From an uncultured Candidatus Rokubacteria bacterium (lineage in GTDB: Bacteria; Methylomirabilota; Methylomirabilia; Rokubacteriales; DASRDR01), in NCBI GenBank assembly GCA_963826115.1, contig CAWGVS010000012.1, forward strand, positions 96,001 through 160,000: 64,000 nucleotides of DNA, written 5' to 3'. The notes under the pieces were generated by a model. The model did not search any database, was not told the origin of the DNA, and worked only from the letters and a program-made list of their open reading frames with translations. The position numbers were made by a program, and so were the translations under genes. This document shows positions 8,114-18,964 of this stretch, one piece after another. Every line of letters begins with the position of its first letter. Positions within the stretch are counted from its first letter, which is position 1.

Positions 8114-10042
8114 GTGATTCAGCTCGAGGGCGTCTCCAAGGCCTACGGCGACCGCGTGCTCTTCCGCGGGGTCACGTGGCAGCTCGCCGGCCGCGAGCGC
8201 ATCGGGCTCGTCGGGCCGAACGGCATCGGCAAGACGACGCTCTGCCGGATCCTGGCGGGACTCGACTCACCGGACACCGGGCGCGTGAGCCGGGCCCGCG
8301 AGGCGACGGTCGGCTACCTCCCGCAGGAGGCCGCCGGCGAGGCCCGCGGCTCCGTCCTCGGCGAGGTCCTCTCGGGGTTCCCGGAAGTCTGGGAGCTCGA
8401 GCGACAGATGGAGGCACTCGCCGCGCAGCTCCACGAGGCCTCCGACGAGGCGCTGACCGCGCGGTACGGGGACCTCCAGCACCGGTTCGAGGCGCTCGGC
8501 GGGTACCGGCTCGAGACGGAGGCCCGCGTCGTCCTGAGCGGGCTCGGCTTCCGGGAGGCGGAGCTCGCGCGGCCTCTCCAGGAGTTCTCGGGCGGCTGGC
8601 GGATGCGCGCGGCGCTCGCGCGGCTCCTCCTGCAGCACCCGACGCTCCTCCTCCTCGACGAGCCGACGAACCACCTCGACCTCGAGTCGCTCGGGTGGCT
8701 CGAGAGCTACCTCGACGCCTACGACGGCTCCGTCGCCGTCGTCTCCCACGACCGGTATTTCCTGAACCGCATGGTGACGACGATCGCCGACCTGTCGCCG
8801 GCCGGGCTCGAGCTCTATCCCGGTGACTACGACGACTACCTCGCGCAGCGCGAGGCCCGGCAGGCCCTGCTCGAGGCGCGGGCGCGCAACCAGGCCAAGC
8901 GCGTGGCGGAGATCGAGCGCTTCATCGAGCGCTTCCGCTACAAGGCGACGAAGGCGCGCCAGGTCCAGAGCCGGATCAAGATGCTGGGGCGCATCGACCG
9001 GATCGAGGTCGACGGGGCCGCCCGCCAGATCCGCTTCCGGTTCCCGGCGCCGCCGCGGACGGGCCGGCACGTCGTCCAGCTCCGGCGCGTCGCCAAGGCC
9101 TACGGCCCCAAGGTCGTCTACGCCGGGATCGACCTGGATCTCGAGCGCGGCGATCGCGTCGCCCTCGTCGGGCCGAACGGCGCCGGGAAGTCGACGCTCC
9201 TCCGCATCCTCGCGGGCGCGCTCGCGCCCGACGGCGGGGAGCGGGTCCTGGGCGCCCACGTCGCCGCGCAGTACTACGCCCAGCACCAGCTCGACGCTCT
9301 CGATCCCGCGCGCACCGTGCTCGAGGAGATGGAGGCGGCCGCGCCGGACACCGACCGCACGCGGCTTCGCACGCTGCTCGGCGCCTTCCTCTTCTCGGGC
9401 GACGCCGTGGACAAGCGCGTCCGGGTGCTCTCCGGGGGGGAGAAGGCGCGGCTCGCCCTCGCGCGGATGCTCGCGCGGCCCGCGCCCCTCCTCTGCCTGG
9501 ACGAGCCCACGAACCACCTGGACCTCGCGTCCCGCGCCGTCCTCGAGGATGCCCTCGCCGACTTCGCGGGGACGATGGTGTTCATCTCGCACGATCGCTA
9601 CTTCATCAACCGTCTGGCCACCAAGGTCATCGAGGTCCGGGACGGCCGCCTCGTGACCCATCTCGGCGGCTACGACGACTACCAGGCCGCGCTCACCCGC
9701 CCCGCCGCGGCGCCGGCCACGCCCGTCGCGCCGCCGCCCGCGCGGGAGCCGGCCACGGCGACGGCCAGCCCGCCGGCGCCACCCGGGCGCGCGCGGCGCC
9801 GGCCACGCGTCGACCCGGTCGTGCGCGAGCTCCGGCACCGCCTCGACGGCCTCGAGACCCAGATCCACGCGCTCGAGGCGCGGCTCGAGGACCTCGGCCG
9901 CACCCTCGCCGACCCCGCCCTCTACGCCGACGGCGAGCGGGCACGCGCGGTGACGCTCGAGCGCCAGCAGGCCGAGGAGCAGGTCGCCTGGCTGCTCCAC
10001 CAGTGGGAGACGCTGTCGGAATCCCTGACCGCCCATGAGTGA
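8114..10042 (+). CDS. ABC-F family ATP-binding protein (ribosome-associated, two ABC domains)
   Basis: Two Walker A (GPNGIGKT, GPNGAGKS), FSGGWRMR and LSGGEKAR signatures, LLDEPTNHLD twice, C-terminal coiled coil. Start is 8114 or 8108. Confidence 0.95.
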   Translation: MIQLEGVSKAYGDRVLFRGVTWQLAGRERIGLVGPNGIGKTTLCRILAGLDSPDTGRVSRAREATVGYLPQEAAGEARGSVLGEVLSGFPEVWELERQMEALAAQLHEASDEALTARYGDLQHRFEALGGYRLETEARVVLSGLGFREAELARPLQEFSGGWRMRAALARLLLQHPTLLLLDEPTNHLDLESLGWLESYLDAYDGSVAVVSHDRYFLNRMVTTIADLSPAGLELYPGDYDDYLAQREARQALLEARARNQAKRVAEIERFIERFRYKATKARQVQSRIKMLGRIDRIEVDGAARQIRFRFPAPPRTGRHVVQLRRVAKAYGPKVVYAGIDLDLERGDRVALVGPNGAGKSTLLRILAGALAPDGGERVLGAHVAAQYYAQHQLDALDPARTVLEEMEAAAPDTDRTRLRTLLGAFLFSGDAVDKRVRVLSGGEKARLALARMLARPAPLLCLDEPTNHLDLASRAVLEDALADFAGTMVFISHDRYFINRLATKVIEVRDGRLVTHLGGYDDYQAALTRPAAAPATPVAPPPAREPATATASPPAPPGRARRRPRVDPVVRELRHRLDGLETQIHALEARLEDLGRTLADPALYADGERARAVTLERQQAEEQVAWLLHQWETLSESLTAHE

Positions 10043-10078
10043 GGGCGGGCCGGATCCCCGGCGCTAACCCACGCGCCG

Positions 10079-10885
10079 ATGCCGTTCGCGACGGTCGACG
10101 GGCTCCGCCTCTACTACGAGTGGCACGGTCCCGAGACCGCGCCGCCCGTCGTCCTGGTGATGGGGCTCGGCGGTGACAGCACCGCCTGGCCGTTCCAGCT
10201 CGCGGCGCTCGCGCCCCGCTATCGGGTGCTGGTCTTCGACAACCGCGGCGCCGGCCGGAGCGACGCGCCCGACATCCCGTACACGACCCGTGGGATGGCC
10301 GGCGATCTCCTGGGCCTCCTCGACGCGCTCGGCGTCGAGCGGGCGCACCTCGTCGGGCTCTCGCTCGGCGGCACCATCGCCCAGGAGGCGACGCTCGCCG
10401 CGCCGGCGCGCGTCCTGAGTCTCCAGCTCCACGCGACATGGGCGGGACCGCACCCCTACTTCCAGGCGCTGGTCGGCGCGGTCCGCGCGGCCCGGCAGGG
10501 CTTCGAGCGCGAGGCCTTCTACCGGGCGCTCAGCGTGTGGCTCTTCACCCCGGCGTGCTTCGCGCGCCAGCCCGAGCTGGTGGAGATGCTGGTGCAGCGG
10601 GCGACCCACCATCCCTACCCGGTCCCGCTCCACGCCTACCTCCGCCAGAGCGACGCCGCGCTCGGACACGACGCGCGGGACCGCCTCCACCTGATCCGGT
10701 GCCCGACGCTGGTCGCCGTCGGCGGCCAGGACCTGATCACGCCGCCGCTCCTGGCCGAGGAGCTCGCGAGCCGGATCCCCGGCGCCGAGCTCCGCCTCCT
10801 GCCGGACGCCGGCCACGGGGCGATCTGGGAAGCGCCCGAGACATTCAACCGCGTGTGCCTCGGCTTCCTCGACGGGCTCGCCTGA
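10079..10885 (+). CDS. alpha/beta fold hydrolase
   Basis: FDNRGAGRS, GLSLGG nucleophile elbow, PTLVAVGGQD, DAGHG. Confidence 0.92.
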   Translation: MPFATVDGLRLYYEWHGPETAPPVVLVMGLGGDSTAWPFQLAALAPRYRVLVFDNRGAGRSDAPDIPYTTRGMAGDLLGLLDALGVERAHLVGLSLGGTIAQEATLAAPARVLSLQLHATWAGPHPYFQALVGAVRAARQGFEREAFYRALSVWLFTPACFARQPELVEMLVQRATHHPYPVPLHAYLRQSDAALGHDARDRLHLIRCPTLVAVGGQDLITPPLLAEELASRIPGAELRLLPDAGHGAIWEAPETFNRVCLGFLDGLA

Positions 10886-10923
10886 GCCTCGCGCGAGGGA
10901 TCGGGCCGGAACCCCGCGGAAAA

Positions 10924-10952
10924 TTGACAGCCCCGGATCGCGGGGCTATCAT
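10924..10952 (+). promoter_or_regulatory. sigma70-type promoter for hom-lysC
   Basis: TTGACA-17 nt-TATCAT; the spacer is palindromic. Confidence 0.8.
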
Positions 10953-11016
10953 CCAGGCTCGTTCCCGCCCGGTGGATTCAGCGGTTCGTCGGTCATCCTC
11001 ACGAAGGGGGTCAGGC

Positions 11017-12309
11017 GTGCGCGAGATCGGGATCGGCGTCCTCGGCGCCGGCACCGTCGGCGGCGGGGTGCTCAAGATCTACCGCCAGCACCGCGCCGAT
11101 CTCGAGGCGCGCGCGGGCTGCCGCCTCCGCATCGTGGCCGTCGTGGCCCGCGACGTCGCCGCGCCGCGCGAGGGGCTCGAGCTGGCCGACTGGCCACTCA
11201 GCGCCGACCCCGAGCGTGTCCTCGCCGACCCGGCCGTCTCCCTCGTCGTCGAGGTGATCGGGGGGCTCGAGCCCGCGCGCACGTACGTCCTCCGCGCGCT
11301 GGAGGCCGGCAAGCACGTCGTGACGGCGAACAAGGCGCTCCTCGCGACCCACGGGACGGAGCTCTTCGCGGCGGCGCGGCGGCGCGGCGTGCTGCTCGCG
11401 TTCGAGGCGGCGGTCGCGGGGGGCGTGCCGATCATCGGCGCCCTGCGGGACGGCCTGGCCGCGAACCGGATCCTCGGGCTCCAGGGCATCGTGAACGGCA
11501 CCTCGAACTTCATCCTGACGAAGATGACGGACGAGGGGCGCGACTTCGCCGAGGCGCTCCGGGAGGCGCAGGCCGCGGGCTACGCGGAGGCCGATCCCAC
11601 CCTGGACGTCGAGGGGATCGATTCCGCGCACAAGTTGCAGATCCTCGCGTCCCTGGCCTTCCGGACTCAGGTGGACCTCAAGGACATCTACACGGCGGGG
11701 ATCGCCCGGCTGGAGGCGATCGAGATCGCCTACGCGCGGGAGCTCGGGTACCGGGTCAAGCTCCTCGCGATCGCGAAGGCCTCCGACGGCGCCCTCGAGG
11801 CCCGCGTGCACCCGACCCTCATCCCCGCCTCGTCGCCCCTCGCCGCCGTCTCCGGCGCCTTCAACGCGATCCTGGTGATCGGAGACGCCGCCGGCGACCA
11901 GATGTTCTACGGCCGGGGGGCGGGCCAGATGCCGACGGCGTCGGCGGTCTGGTCGGACGCCATCGACCTCGCGCGGCGCATCGCGCACCAGCACGTGGTC
12001 CTGGCCGAGGACTTCCCGCTGGGCGGCGAGCGCCGCCTCCGGATGCGCCCCATGAGCGAGGTCCGCTCGGCCTACTACCTCCGCGCGATGGTCCAGGACC
12101 GCCCGGGCGTGCTCTCGCAAGTGGCCGGGATCCTCGGGCGCCACGACATCTCGATCGCCTCGGTCATCCAGAAGGGGCGGGCCGGCGCGGTGCCCATCGT
12201 CATGATGACGCACGAGGCGCTCGAGCGAAACATGACGGCCGCGCTCACGGAGATCGACCGCCTCGGCGTCGTGGCCCTCCCGACCGTGCTCCTCCGCGTC
12301 GAGGCCTAG
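11017..12309 (+). CDS. hom: Homoserine dehydrogenase with C-terminal ACT domain
   Basis: IGVLGAGTVGGG, HVVTANKA, FEAAVAGGVP, GIVNGTSNFIL, GYAEADPTLDVEG, DRPGVLSQVAGIL. Confidence 0.96.
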   Translation: MREIGIGVLGAGTVGGGVLKIYRQHRADLEARAGCRLRIVAVVARDVAAPREGLELADWPLSADPERVLADPAVSLVVEVIGGLEPARTYVLRALEAGKHVVTANKALLATHGTELFAAARRRGVLLAFEAAVAGGVPIIGALRDGLAANRILGLQGIVNGTSNFILTKMTDEGRDFAEALREAQAAGYAEADPTLDVEGIDSAHKLQILASLAFRTQVDLKDIYTAGIARLEAIEIAYARELGYRVKLLAIAKASDGALEARVHPTLIPASSPLAAVSGAFNAILVIGDAAGDQMFYGRGAGQMPTASAVWSDAIDLARRIAHQHVVLAEDFPLGGERRLRMRPMSEVRSAYYLRAMVQDRPGVLSQVAGILGRHDISIASVIQKGRAGAVPIVMMTHEALERNMTAALTEIDRLGVVALPTVLLRVEA

Positions 12310-12382
12310 CCGGGCGCGCCCGGCCTCCGCGCGCTTGAACGCGCGCGGGCCCCTGGGGTAGCATCCCCGCGATGAGCCGCTC

Positions 12383-13597
12383 ATGGGCCTGATCGTCCAG
12401 AAGTACGGCGGATCCTCGGTCGCCGACGCCCAGAAGATCCGCGGCGTCGCCCGCCGCGTCATCGAGACGGCCAAGGCCGGCCACGGCGTCGTCGTCGTCG
12501 TTTCGGCCATGGGCAAGACGACCGACGGGTTGATCCGCCTGGCCCACGAGGTCACGCCCACCCCGCCCGAGCGCGAGCTCGACATGCTGCTCGCCACCGG
12601 CGAGCAGGTCTCCATCGCGCTCCTGGCCATGGCGATCGACACCGGCGGCCACAAGGCGCGCTCGTTCACGGGCGAGCAGGCGGGGATCCGGACCGACGCC
12701 GCACACACGCGGGCGCGCATCGTCGGCATCGACGGCGACAAGGTCCGCCGCGCGCTCGACGACGGCTTCGTGGCCATCGTGGCGGGGTTCCAGGGCGTGA
12801 CCGAGGAGGACGACATCACGACGCTGGGGCGCGGCGGGTCCGATCTCACGGCGGTCGCCCTCGCCGCGGCGCTCGGCGCGGACGTCTGCGAGATCTACAC
12901 CGACGTGGACGGCGTCTTCACCGCAGATCCCAACATCGTGCCCGAGGCCAAGAAGCTCGACCGGATCTCGTACGACGAGATGCTCGAGATGGCGAGCCTG
13001 GGCGCCAAGGTGCTGCAATCCCGGTCGGTCGAGTTTGCGAAGAAGTACGGGGTGCCAGTGCACGTCCGCTCCACGTTCAAGACGGACCCCGGCACGCTCG
13101 TGACGAGAGAGGATCCGAACATGGAAGCCGTCGTCGTGACCGGCATCGCCCATGCCCGCGACCAGGCCAAGGTCACGATCCGGGGGGTCCCGGATCGGCC
13201 GGGGATCGCCGCCCAGGTCTTCGGGACCGTGGGGGACCACGGCGTCGTCGTGGACATGATCGTCCAGAACGTGAGTCGCGACGGACTGACCGACATCTCC
13301 TTCACGGTGCCCCGTGGCGATCGACCGACCGTGGTCGCCACCCTGGAGGCCATCGCCCGGAAGATCGGGGCCGAGAGCGTGACCCACGACGACCGCGTCG
13401 CCAAGGTGTCGATCATCGGCGTCGGCATGCGCAGTCACTCGGGGGTCGCCGCGCGGATGTTCCGGGCGCTCTCGCGGGAGAACGTCAACATCCACATGAT
13501 CTCGACCTCGGAGATCGCCGTCTCCTGCGTCATCGAGGACAAGTACACCGAGCTCGCCGTCCGCGCCCTCCACGACACGTTCGAGCTGGCGAGCTGA
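12383..13597 (+). CDS. lysC: Aspartate kinase
   Basis: [33 protein letters not shown], two ACT domains, ISTSEI. Confidence 0.97.
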   Translation: MGLIVQKYGGSSVADAQKIRGVARRVIETAKAGHGVVVVVSAMGKTTDGLIRLAHEVTPTPPERELDMLLATGEQVSIALLAMAIDTGGHKARSFTGEQAGIRTDAAHTRARIVGIDGDKVRRALDDGFVAIVAGFQGVTEEDDITTLGRGGSDLTAVALAAALGADVCEIYTDVDGVFTADPNIVPEAKKLDRISYDEMLEMASLGAKVLQSRSVEFAKKYGVPVHVRSTFKTDPGTLVTREDPNMEAVVVTGIAHARDQAKVTIRGVPDRPGIAAQVFGTVGDHGVVVDMIVQNVSRDGLTDISFTVPRGDRPTVVATLEAIARKIGAESVTHDDRVAKVSIIGVGMRSHSGVAARMFRALSRENVNIHMISTSEIAVSCVIEDKYTELAVRALHDTFELAS

Positions 13598-13609
13598 CGG
13601 CGAAGCCCG

Positions 13610-16600
13610 TCAGGGCTTCGGGGCGGGGGCCGCGCCGCCGCCCGGCGGCGCCGGCGTCGAAGTCGTCGCCGGCCCGAGGCGCGAGAGCGAGTCGCGCGCC
13701 CACTGCGCGAGCGCCGGGTCGACGCCGGGCCGCGCGGCGAGCTTCCGGAGGACGATGGCGGCCTCGCGCGGCATCTGGCGGGCGACGTAGGTCTGCGCCG
13801 CCCCCTGGAGTCCCTGGGCCGCCCAGATCGGCTGGTCTCCGTACGCGTAGGTGGCGCTGAGGTAGGCGTTCAGCGCCGACTCGTAGTCGCCCCGCGTCCG
13901 GAAGAGCTCGCCGAGCCGGAACTCCGCCTCCGCCGCCACGGCCGGATCATCCGCCCGGCGCGCGACCTCGAAGGCCTGGCGCGCCTGGTCCCAGTGCTGC
14001 GCGCCCATCAGCAGTTGCCCGCGGCCCAGCTCGATCCCCGGCGTCGCCGTGTCCCCGGGGTACTGGCGGAGGAAGCCGTCCATCGCCGAGAGGGCCCGGT
14101 CCGGCTGGCCCTGCGCCTGGAAGGCGCGCACCAGGATGAGGTTCGCCCGAGCCGCGCGCGGATCGCCCGGGGGCGCGTCGCGGAGGAAGCCCTCCGCCGC
14201 CCGCTGGGCCTCGCCCGCGTCCCCCGCGGCGAGCGCGATCTCGGCGAGCCCGAACCACGCGTCGCCGCGAACGTCCGCCGACACGGGGCGGGTCAGGAGG
14301 TCCCGGTACGCCTGGCGGGCCACGTCGGGGCGCGACCCCGCGGCCGCCGTCAGGCGGAGGAGCGCATCGGTGCCCAGATCGTTCGTCGCGTGATCCCGCA
14401 GGAGCCGCTGGGTCCAGGCTTGCGCCTCGCTGAGGTCGCTCCGGTCGAGCGCGGCGACCATGAGCCCGTAGAGGACGGCGGGGGTGCCGGCATGCCGCGG
14501 GAAACGGTCGACGAAGCTCGTGCCGCGCTCGCGGAACGCGTCCCGGTCGCCCCGCTGCACGGCCACCAGCACGAGCCCGTACGTGGCCGACGTCGCGACG
14601 TCCACGGCGGCGAAGCGCGCGCGCCCGAGCGCGTCCTCCGCCTCCGCCAGGCGGTTCTGGGCGAGCGCCGCGAGCCCCGCGCCGAGCCAGCTCGAGGGCT
14701 CCTGTGGGGTCGCGCTCGCCGCGAGGCGGAACTGCCGCTCGGCCTGATCGTAGTGCCCGAGCTCGTAGTGGGCGATCCCGAGGGCGCGGCGCGCGATGGC
14801 CTGGGTGGGCAGGTCCGCGATCCGCGGCGCCAAGGGCTCGAGGGTCCGGACGGCGTCGGCGTGGGACCCCGTGCGCAAGGCGAGGATGCCGCGGTTCAGC
14901 GCGATGGCGTCGGCGTTGCGGAGTCCGGGCGGCGGCGTGGTGACGCCGCGGAGTGCCTCGAGCGCCTCCGGCTCGCGGCCCTGCCGGAGGGCGACGTCCG
15001 CGATGGCCAGCAGCGCCATGGCCCGCGTCTCGGTCTCCGGCATGCCCGCGACCTGGCGCCACTCGCGGAGCGCGCCCTCGGCGTCCCCGTCCCGGAGGAG
15101 CGCCCAGCCGAGGGCGAGGCGCGTCCGCGCCGCGAGCGGAGAATCCGGGAAGTCCCGCAGGGCGGTCCGCAGCACGGCGGCCGCGCGGTTCGGATCGTCG
15201 CCCCGCGCGGCGCTCTCCGCGACCAGGAGGAGCGCGCCCTCGCGCAGCTCGGGCAGGATTCCCACGCGGAGGAGCGCCTCGCCCTCGCGGCGCGCGCTCG
15301 CGGTGTCGTTCTCGCGCAGCGCGATCAACCCCAGCCGATAGCTCGCGCGCTGGGCCACCGCTTCCTCTTTGCCCTCGTCCCGGAGCTTTCGGAAGTGGTC
15401 CTTGGCCTCGAGGAGCCGCCCGTCCAGCTCGAGCTGCTCGCCGAGCCGGTAACGGACGTAGTCCTGCGTCGCGGGCGACAGCGGGAGGAGCAGGATCTCG
15501 CGGTAGATGTCGGTCGCTTCGCTCCCCGCGCCCCGGGCCCGCGCGGCGTCCGCGATGAGGAGGAGCGCCGCGGGCACCAGGGGATCGCGGGCCGACTCGG
15601 TCTTCAGCTGGCGCGCGGCGCTCGCCGCGCGCGCCGTGTCGCCCAGCGCCAGGTAGCCGCGGACCAGGCCGGCGCGGATCTGCGGCCGGAGCTCCGGCCG
15701 CGGGTTCGCGGCCTCGGCCTCGAGGAAGCGCTTCACCGCCTCGTCGGTGGCGTTCCGCTCGAGCGCGATCCAGCCGGCCTGCACGAGGGCGTCTCCCCGC
15801 AAGGGATGCGTCGGGGGCACGCCGGCGGCGAACCGGGTCAGGAGCTCGAGCCCGCCGTCGAGGTCGCCGAGGCGGCCCTGCGCCACCCCCCGCCAGAACG
15901 GCATCTCCGTGAGGATCGCTCCGGGGGCGCCGCTCTGGGTCACCTCGTCGAAGAGCGTGATCGCCTCGGCGGGCCGGTTCTGCAGGAGGCGCGCGATGCC
16001 CAGGAAGTAGCGCGTGACCAGCGCGAGCTGCTGGGGCGGCACCGCCTTCAGCGCGCGCTCGAGGGCCGCCTCCGCCTCGACGGGATCGCCCCGCCGGAGC
16101 GCGAGGAGCCCGAGGCCGACCTCGGCGTGCATCGCGAGAGGGGCCGGCGGCCCGAGCGACAGGCCCGCGCGATAGGCGCGCTCCGCGCGAGCCGCCGCGG
16201 GCGAGGTCGGCGTCGTCGCCTCGAGTAGCGCGAGCTCGCCCAGCCACACGTAGGTCGCCGGCGCTTGCGGCCCCCGCGGGTCGATCGCGAGGCTTTCCTC
16301 GAACGCCTCCCGGGCCTCCTTGTAGTTCCCCGAGATGACCCGGGCGACGCCGCACTCCGCGAGCGCCGCCGCGCGCCTGAACGCGACGAACGCGCACGCG
16401 AAGCCACCGGGATCGGACGGGAGCGGGAGCGGCTTCCCGACCGTGGAGATGAAGCGCGGCGCCGGGGCTTGGCCGAGCTCGAGCGCGGGCGCGGGGGCCG
16501 GCGGCGAGGGCGGCGGGTCCAGACGCGGGCGCTCGAGACCGGGCGCCAGCGGGGACACGGTCACGGCCAGGGGCGGCGGCGGGAACTCCACTCCGCGCGG

Positions 16601-16672
16601 CGGCGCCGCGACGGCCGGCGCCGCCAGGACGACGGCGACGCCGAAGGCTAGCACTCGCGCCCAACCGATCAT
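13610..16672 (-). CDS. Large exported tetratricopeptide-repeat protein
   Basis: N-terminal signal peptide, Pro-rich linker, many TPR-like units with FPxS/YPxD turns; 1020 aa. Confidence 0.8.
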   Translation of the reverse strand: MIGWARVLAFGVAVVLAAPAVAAPPRGVEFPPPPLAVTVSPLAPGLERPRLDPPPSPPAPAPALELGQAPAPRFISTVGKPLPLPSDPGGFACAFVAFRRAAALAECGVARVISGNYKEAREAFEESLAIDPRGPQAPATYVWLGELALLEATTPTSPAAARAERAYRAGLSLGPPAPLAMHAEVGLGLLALRRGDPVEAEAALERALKAVPPQQLALVTRYFLGIARLLQNRPAEAITLFDEVTQSGAPGAILTEMPFWRGVAQGRLGDLDGGLELLTRFAAGVPPTHPLRGDALVQAGWIALERNATDEAVKRFLEAEAANPRPELRPQIRAGLVRGYLALGDTARAASAARQLKTESARDPLVPAALLLIADAARARGAGSEATDIYREILLLPLSPATQDYVRYRLGEQLELDGRLLEAKDHFRKLRDEGKEEAVAQRASYRLGLIALRENDTASARREGEALLRVGILPELREGALLLVAESAARGDDPNRAAAVLRTALRDFPDSPLAARTRLALGWALLRDGDAEGALREWRQVAGMPETETRAMALLAIADVALRQGREPEALEALRGVTTPPPGLRNADAIALNRGILALRTGSHADAVRTLEPLAPRIADLPTQAIARRALGIAHYELGHYDQAERQFRLAASATPQEPSSWLGAGLAALAQNRLAEAEDALGRARFAAVDVATSATYGLVLVAVQRGDRDAFRERGTSFVDRFPRHAGTPAVLYGLMVAALDRSDLSEAQAWTQRLLRDHATNDLGTDALLRLTAAAGSRPDVARQAYRDLLTRPVSADVRGDAWFGLAEIALAAGDAGEAQRAAEGFLRDAPPGDPRAARANLILVRAFQAQGQPDRALSAMDGFLRQYPGDTATPGIELGRGQLLMGAQHWDQARQAFEVARRADDPAVAAEAEFRLGELFRTRGDYESALNAYLSATYAYGDQPIWAAQGLQGAAQTYVARQMPREAAIVLRKLAARPGVDPALAQWARDSLSRLGPATTSTPAPPGGGAAPAPKP

Positions 16673-16688
16673 GTCCGCCTCCGGCGCG

Positions 16689-18095
16689 TCACGGGCTCTT
16701 GGGCTTCGGTTTCGGCTTCGGCGCGTCGCGCGGCGGCGGGCTCTCGAGCCCGGCCAGGCGGCCCTTCGCCCAGCGCACGAGCTCCGGATCCTGGCTGGTG
16801 TCGACGATCTCCCGGTAGGCGCGTCGCGCGCCGTCCCGGTCGGTCGCGGCCTCGAGCGCGGCGGCGAGCCCGGCCACGCCCTCGAAGTACCGCTTGGAGG
16901 CGGCCGGCGCTTCCACGGCCACGGTGTGGTACGCCTGGGCCGCCTCGGCGTTCCGGCGGAGCTGGAGCGCGCTCTGTCCCACGATGAGGAGGGCGTCCGA
17001 CCGCTCCTCGCCTTTCGCCTCGGCGACGGCCTGGGCGGTCTGGAGCGCGGGCTCCCACTGCTTGCGCTTGGTGTAGAGGTCGGCCATCGCGAGCCCCGCC
17101 GCGCCGGCCCGTTCGTCCCGCGGGAAATCGCGGCGCAGCGTGGTCCAGGCGGCCTCCGCGTCGGTCGGGCGGCCGAGCTTCAGCGCGAGCTCGCCGATGC
17201 GGTAGAGGGCCCGGGGCACGAGCGCGTGGGTCGGCGCCGTGCGGACCAGCGCCTGGTACTGATCGAGGGCCTCGCGCGACCGCCCGGCCTTCGCCTGCGC
17301 GTCCGCCACGAGCAAGCGCGCCGTGGGCACGAGGTCGTTCGTGGGCGACTGGGCGATGAACTGCTCGAGCGTGCGCACCCCCTCGGGCCGGCCGGCCTCG
17401 ATCTGGGCGACGCCGAGGAGGTACCGTGACTCGGCGAGGTACGGGCTCCCCGGATAGCGGGTCGCGTAGGGCCCGAGGATCGCGAGCGTGTCGTCCCAGC
17501 GCTTGGCCCGGATCAGCTCCCGCGCCGCGCTGTAGGCGGCCGTCGGCGCCTGGGCGTGGGTCGGATAGTCCTTGAGAAAATCCCGGAAGGTGTCGATGGC
17601 CCCGTCCGGCCGACCCGTCTCGAGCTCGGACAGGCCGCGGGCATAGAGCGCCTCCGGCACGTAGGGTGAGGCGGGCTTGAGCGCGAGGTAGCGCGCGTAG
17701 CGCTCGCGTGCCTCCTCGTACCGCTTCAGGCGGAACAGCGCCTCGCCCTGCCAGTAGATCGGCTCTCCCGGGGTCGGCGCGAGGGTCAGCGGGAAGGTCT
17801 CGGCGGCGTCGAACTCGGTCAGCGCCTCGGCGTAGCGCTCCATCTGGAAGGCCGCCCTGCCGCGGAGGAGCGTGGCGTCCCCCCGCCGGCGGTCCGCGGG
17901 CGCCGCCTGGACGAAGCGCCCGAGCTCCCGGTACGCCGTCTCGTAGAGGCCGTCCTCGAACGCCCCCGTGCCCACCATCCAGAGCCGGTCCGCCTCGGAC
18001 CGGACCGCGGCACCCGCCGCCGGCGCGGCCAGGACGGCGAGGCCGGCAAGGACGAGGTGGACCAGGACAGGCGCGAGGCGTCGCCGCCGTCGCAT
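16689..18095 (-). CDS. Exported TPR protein (CpoB/BamD-like repeats)
   Basis: Signal peptide; repeated P-A-Y-x-G TPR helices (KPASPYVPEALYARG, YPTHAQAPTAAY, YPGSPYLAESRY). Confidence 0.8.
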   Translation of the reverse strand: MRRRRRLAPVLVHLVLAGLAVLAAPAAGAAVRSEADRLWMVGTGAFEDGLYETAYRELGRFVQAAPADRRRGDATLLRGRAAFQMERYAEALTEFDAAETFPLTLAPTPGEPIYWQGEALFRLKRYEEARERYARYLALKPASPYVPEALYARGLSELETGRPDGAIDTFRDFLKDYPTHAQAPTAAYSAARELIRAKRWDDTLAILGPYATRYPGSPYLAESRYLLGVAQIEAGRPEGVRTLEQFIAQSPTNDLVPTARLLVADAQAKAGRSREALDQYQALVRTAPTHALVPRALYRIGELALKLGRPTDAEAAWTTLRRDFPRDERAGAAGLAMADLYTKRKQWEPALQTAQAVAEAKGEERSDALLIVGQSALQLRRNAEAAQAYHTVAVEAPAASKRYFEGVAGLAAALEAATDRDGARRAYREIVDTSQDPELVRWAKGRLAGLESPPPRDAPKPKPKPKSP

Positions 18096-18165
18096 GAGGC
18101 TACCCTACCAGAAGTGGGCGGGCTTCTCCGAATCCGCCGTGACCGCGGGCGGTATACTGCCCCTC

Positions 18166-18798
18166 GTGCGCCCGCTCTGCGCGTTCGACCTCGACCACAC
18201 CCTGGTGCGCTCGCCGCTCGACCTGCCGCGGCTCAAGCGGGAGATCCGGGCCCTCGTGGAGTCCGAGCGCGTCCCGCTGCCCGAGGCCAACCACGCGTGG
18301 ACGATCGGCCAGCTGATCGAGGCCGCCACGGCGCACCGGCAGACGCTCGGCGACGAGTGCTGGGCCCTCTGCACGGCCCACGAGGAGGCGGCGGTCGAGC
18401 ACGCCACGCCGGAGCCGGGCGCGCTGGAGGCGCTGACCACGCTCCGGGCGGCCGGCTATCCCCTGGCGCTGTGGACCAACAACACGGGATCGGTCGCGCG
18501 ACGGGCGCTCGCGAGCTGCGGCTTCGACGGCTTCTTCCGCGTCCTGGTCACGCGGGACGAGGCGGCGCTCAAGCCCGACCCGTCGGGCATCCGCCTCCTC
18601 GAGGCGGCGTTCCCCGAGCGGCGCATCTGGGTGGTCGGGGACTCCTGGGTCGACGGCGCGGCGGCGCACGCGGGGGGCGCGGCCTTCATCGCCTACGGCG
18701 CCGACCCCGTCGAGCTCGCCCGGCGCGGCGTGGCGCCGCGCACGGTGCTGCGGGACCTCCGGCACCTGCCGGGGTGGCTTCGCACCGCCGCCTGGTAG
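18166..18798 (+). CDS. HAD family hydrolase
   Basis: AFDLDHTL (motif I), WTNN, LKPDP, VVGDSWVD. GTG start 7 nt after TATACT. Confidence 0.9.
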   Translation: MRPLCAFDLDHTLVRSPLDLPRLKREIRALVESERVPLPEANHAWTIGQLIEAATAHRQTLGDECWALCTAHEEAAVEHATPEPGALEALTTLRAAGYPLALWTNNTGSVARRALASCGFDGFFRVLVTRDEAALKPDPSGIRLLEAAFPERRIWVVGDSWVDGAAAHAGGAAFIAYGADPVELARRGVAPRTVLRDLRHLPGWLRTAAW

Positions 18799-18964
18799 CC
18801 CGGCGCGCGCCGTCGTCGGCGCGCCGATCGTTTGGTCGTCCCCAACCGTCTGTGGCATCCTGACCTTGAGTGAGGCGGACGCGCGGCACGCGCTCCGCTC
18901 GACGGGCGGCCGGGCGGGGCCCGCGCCGGCGCACCAGGGGCCGCGCGGCCAGGGAGCGGACGGC

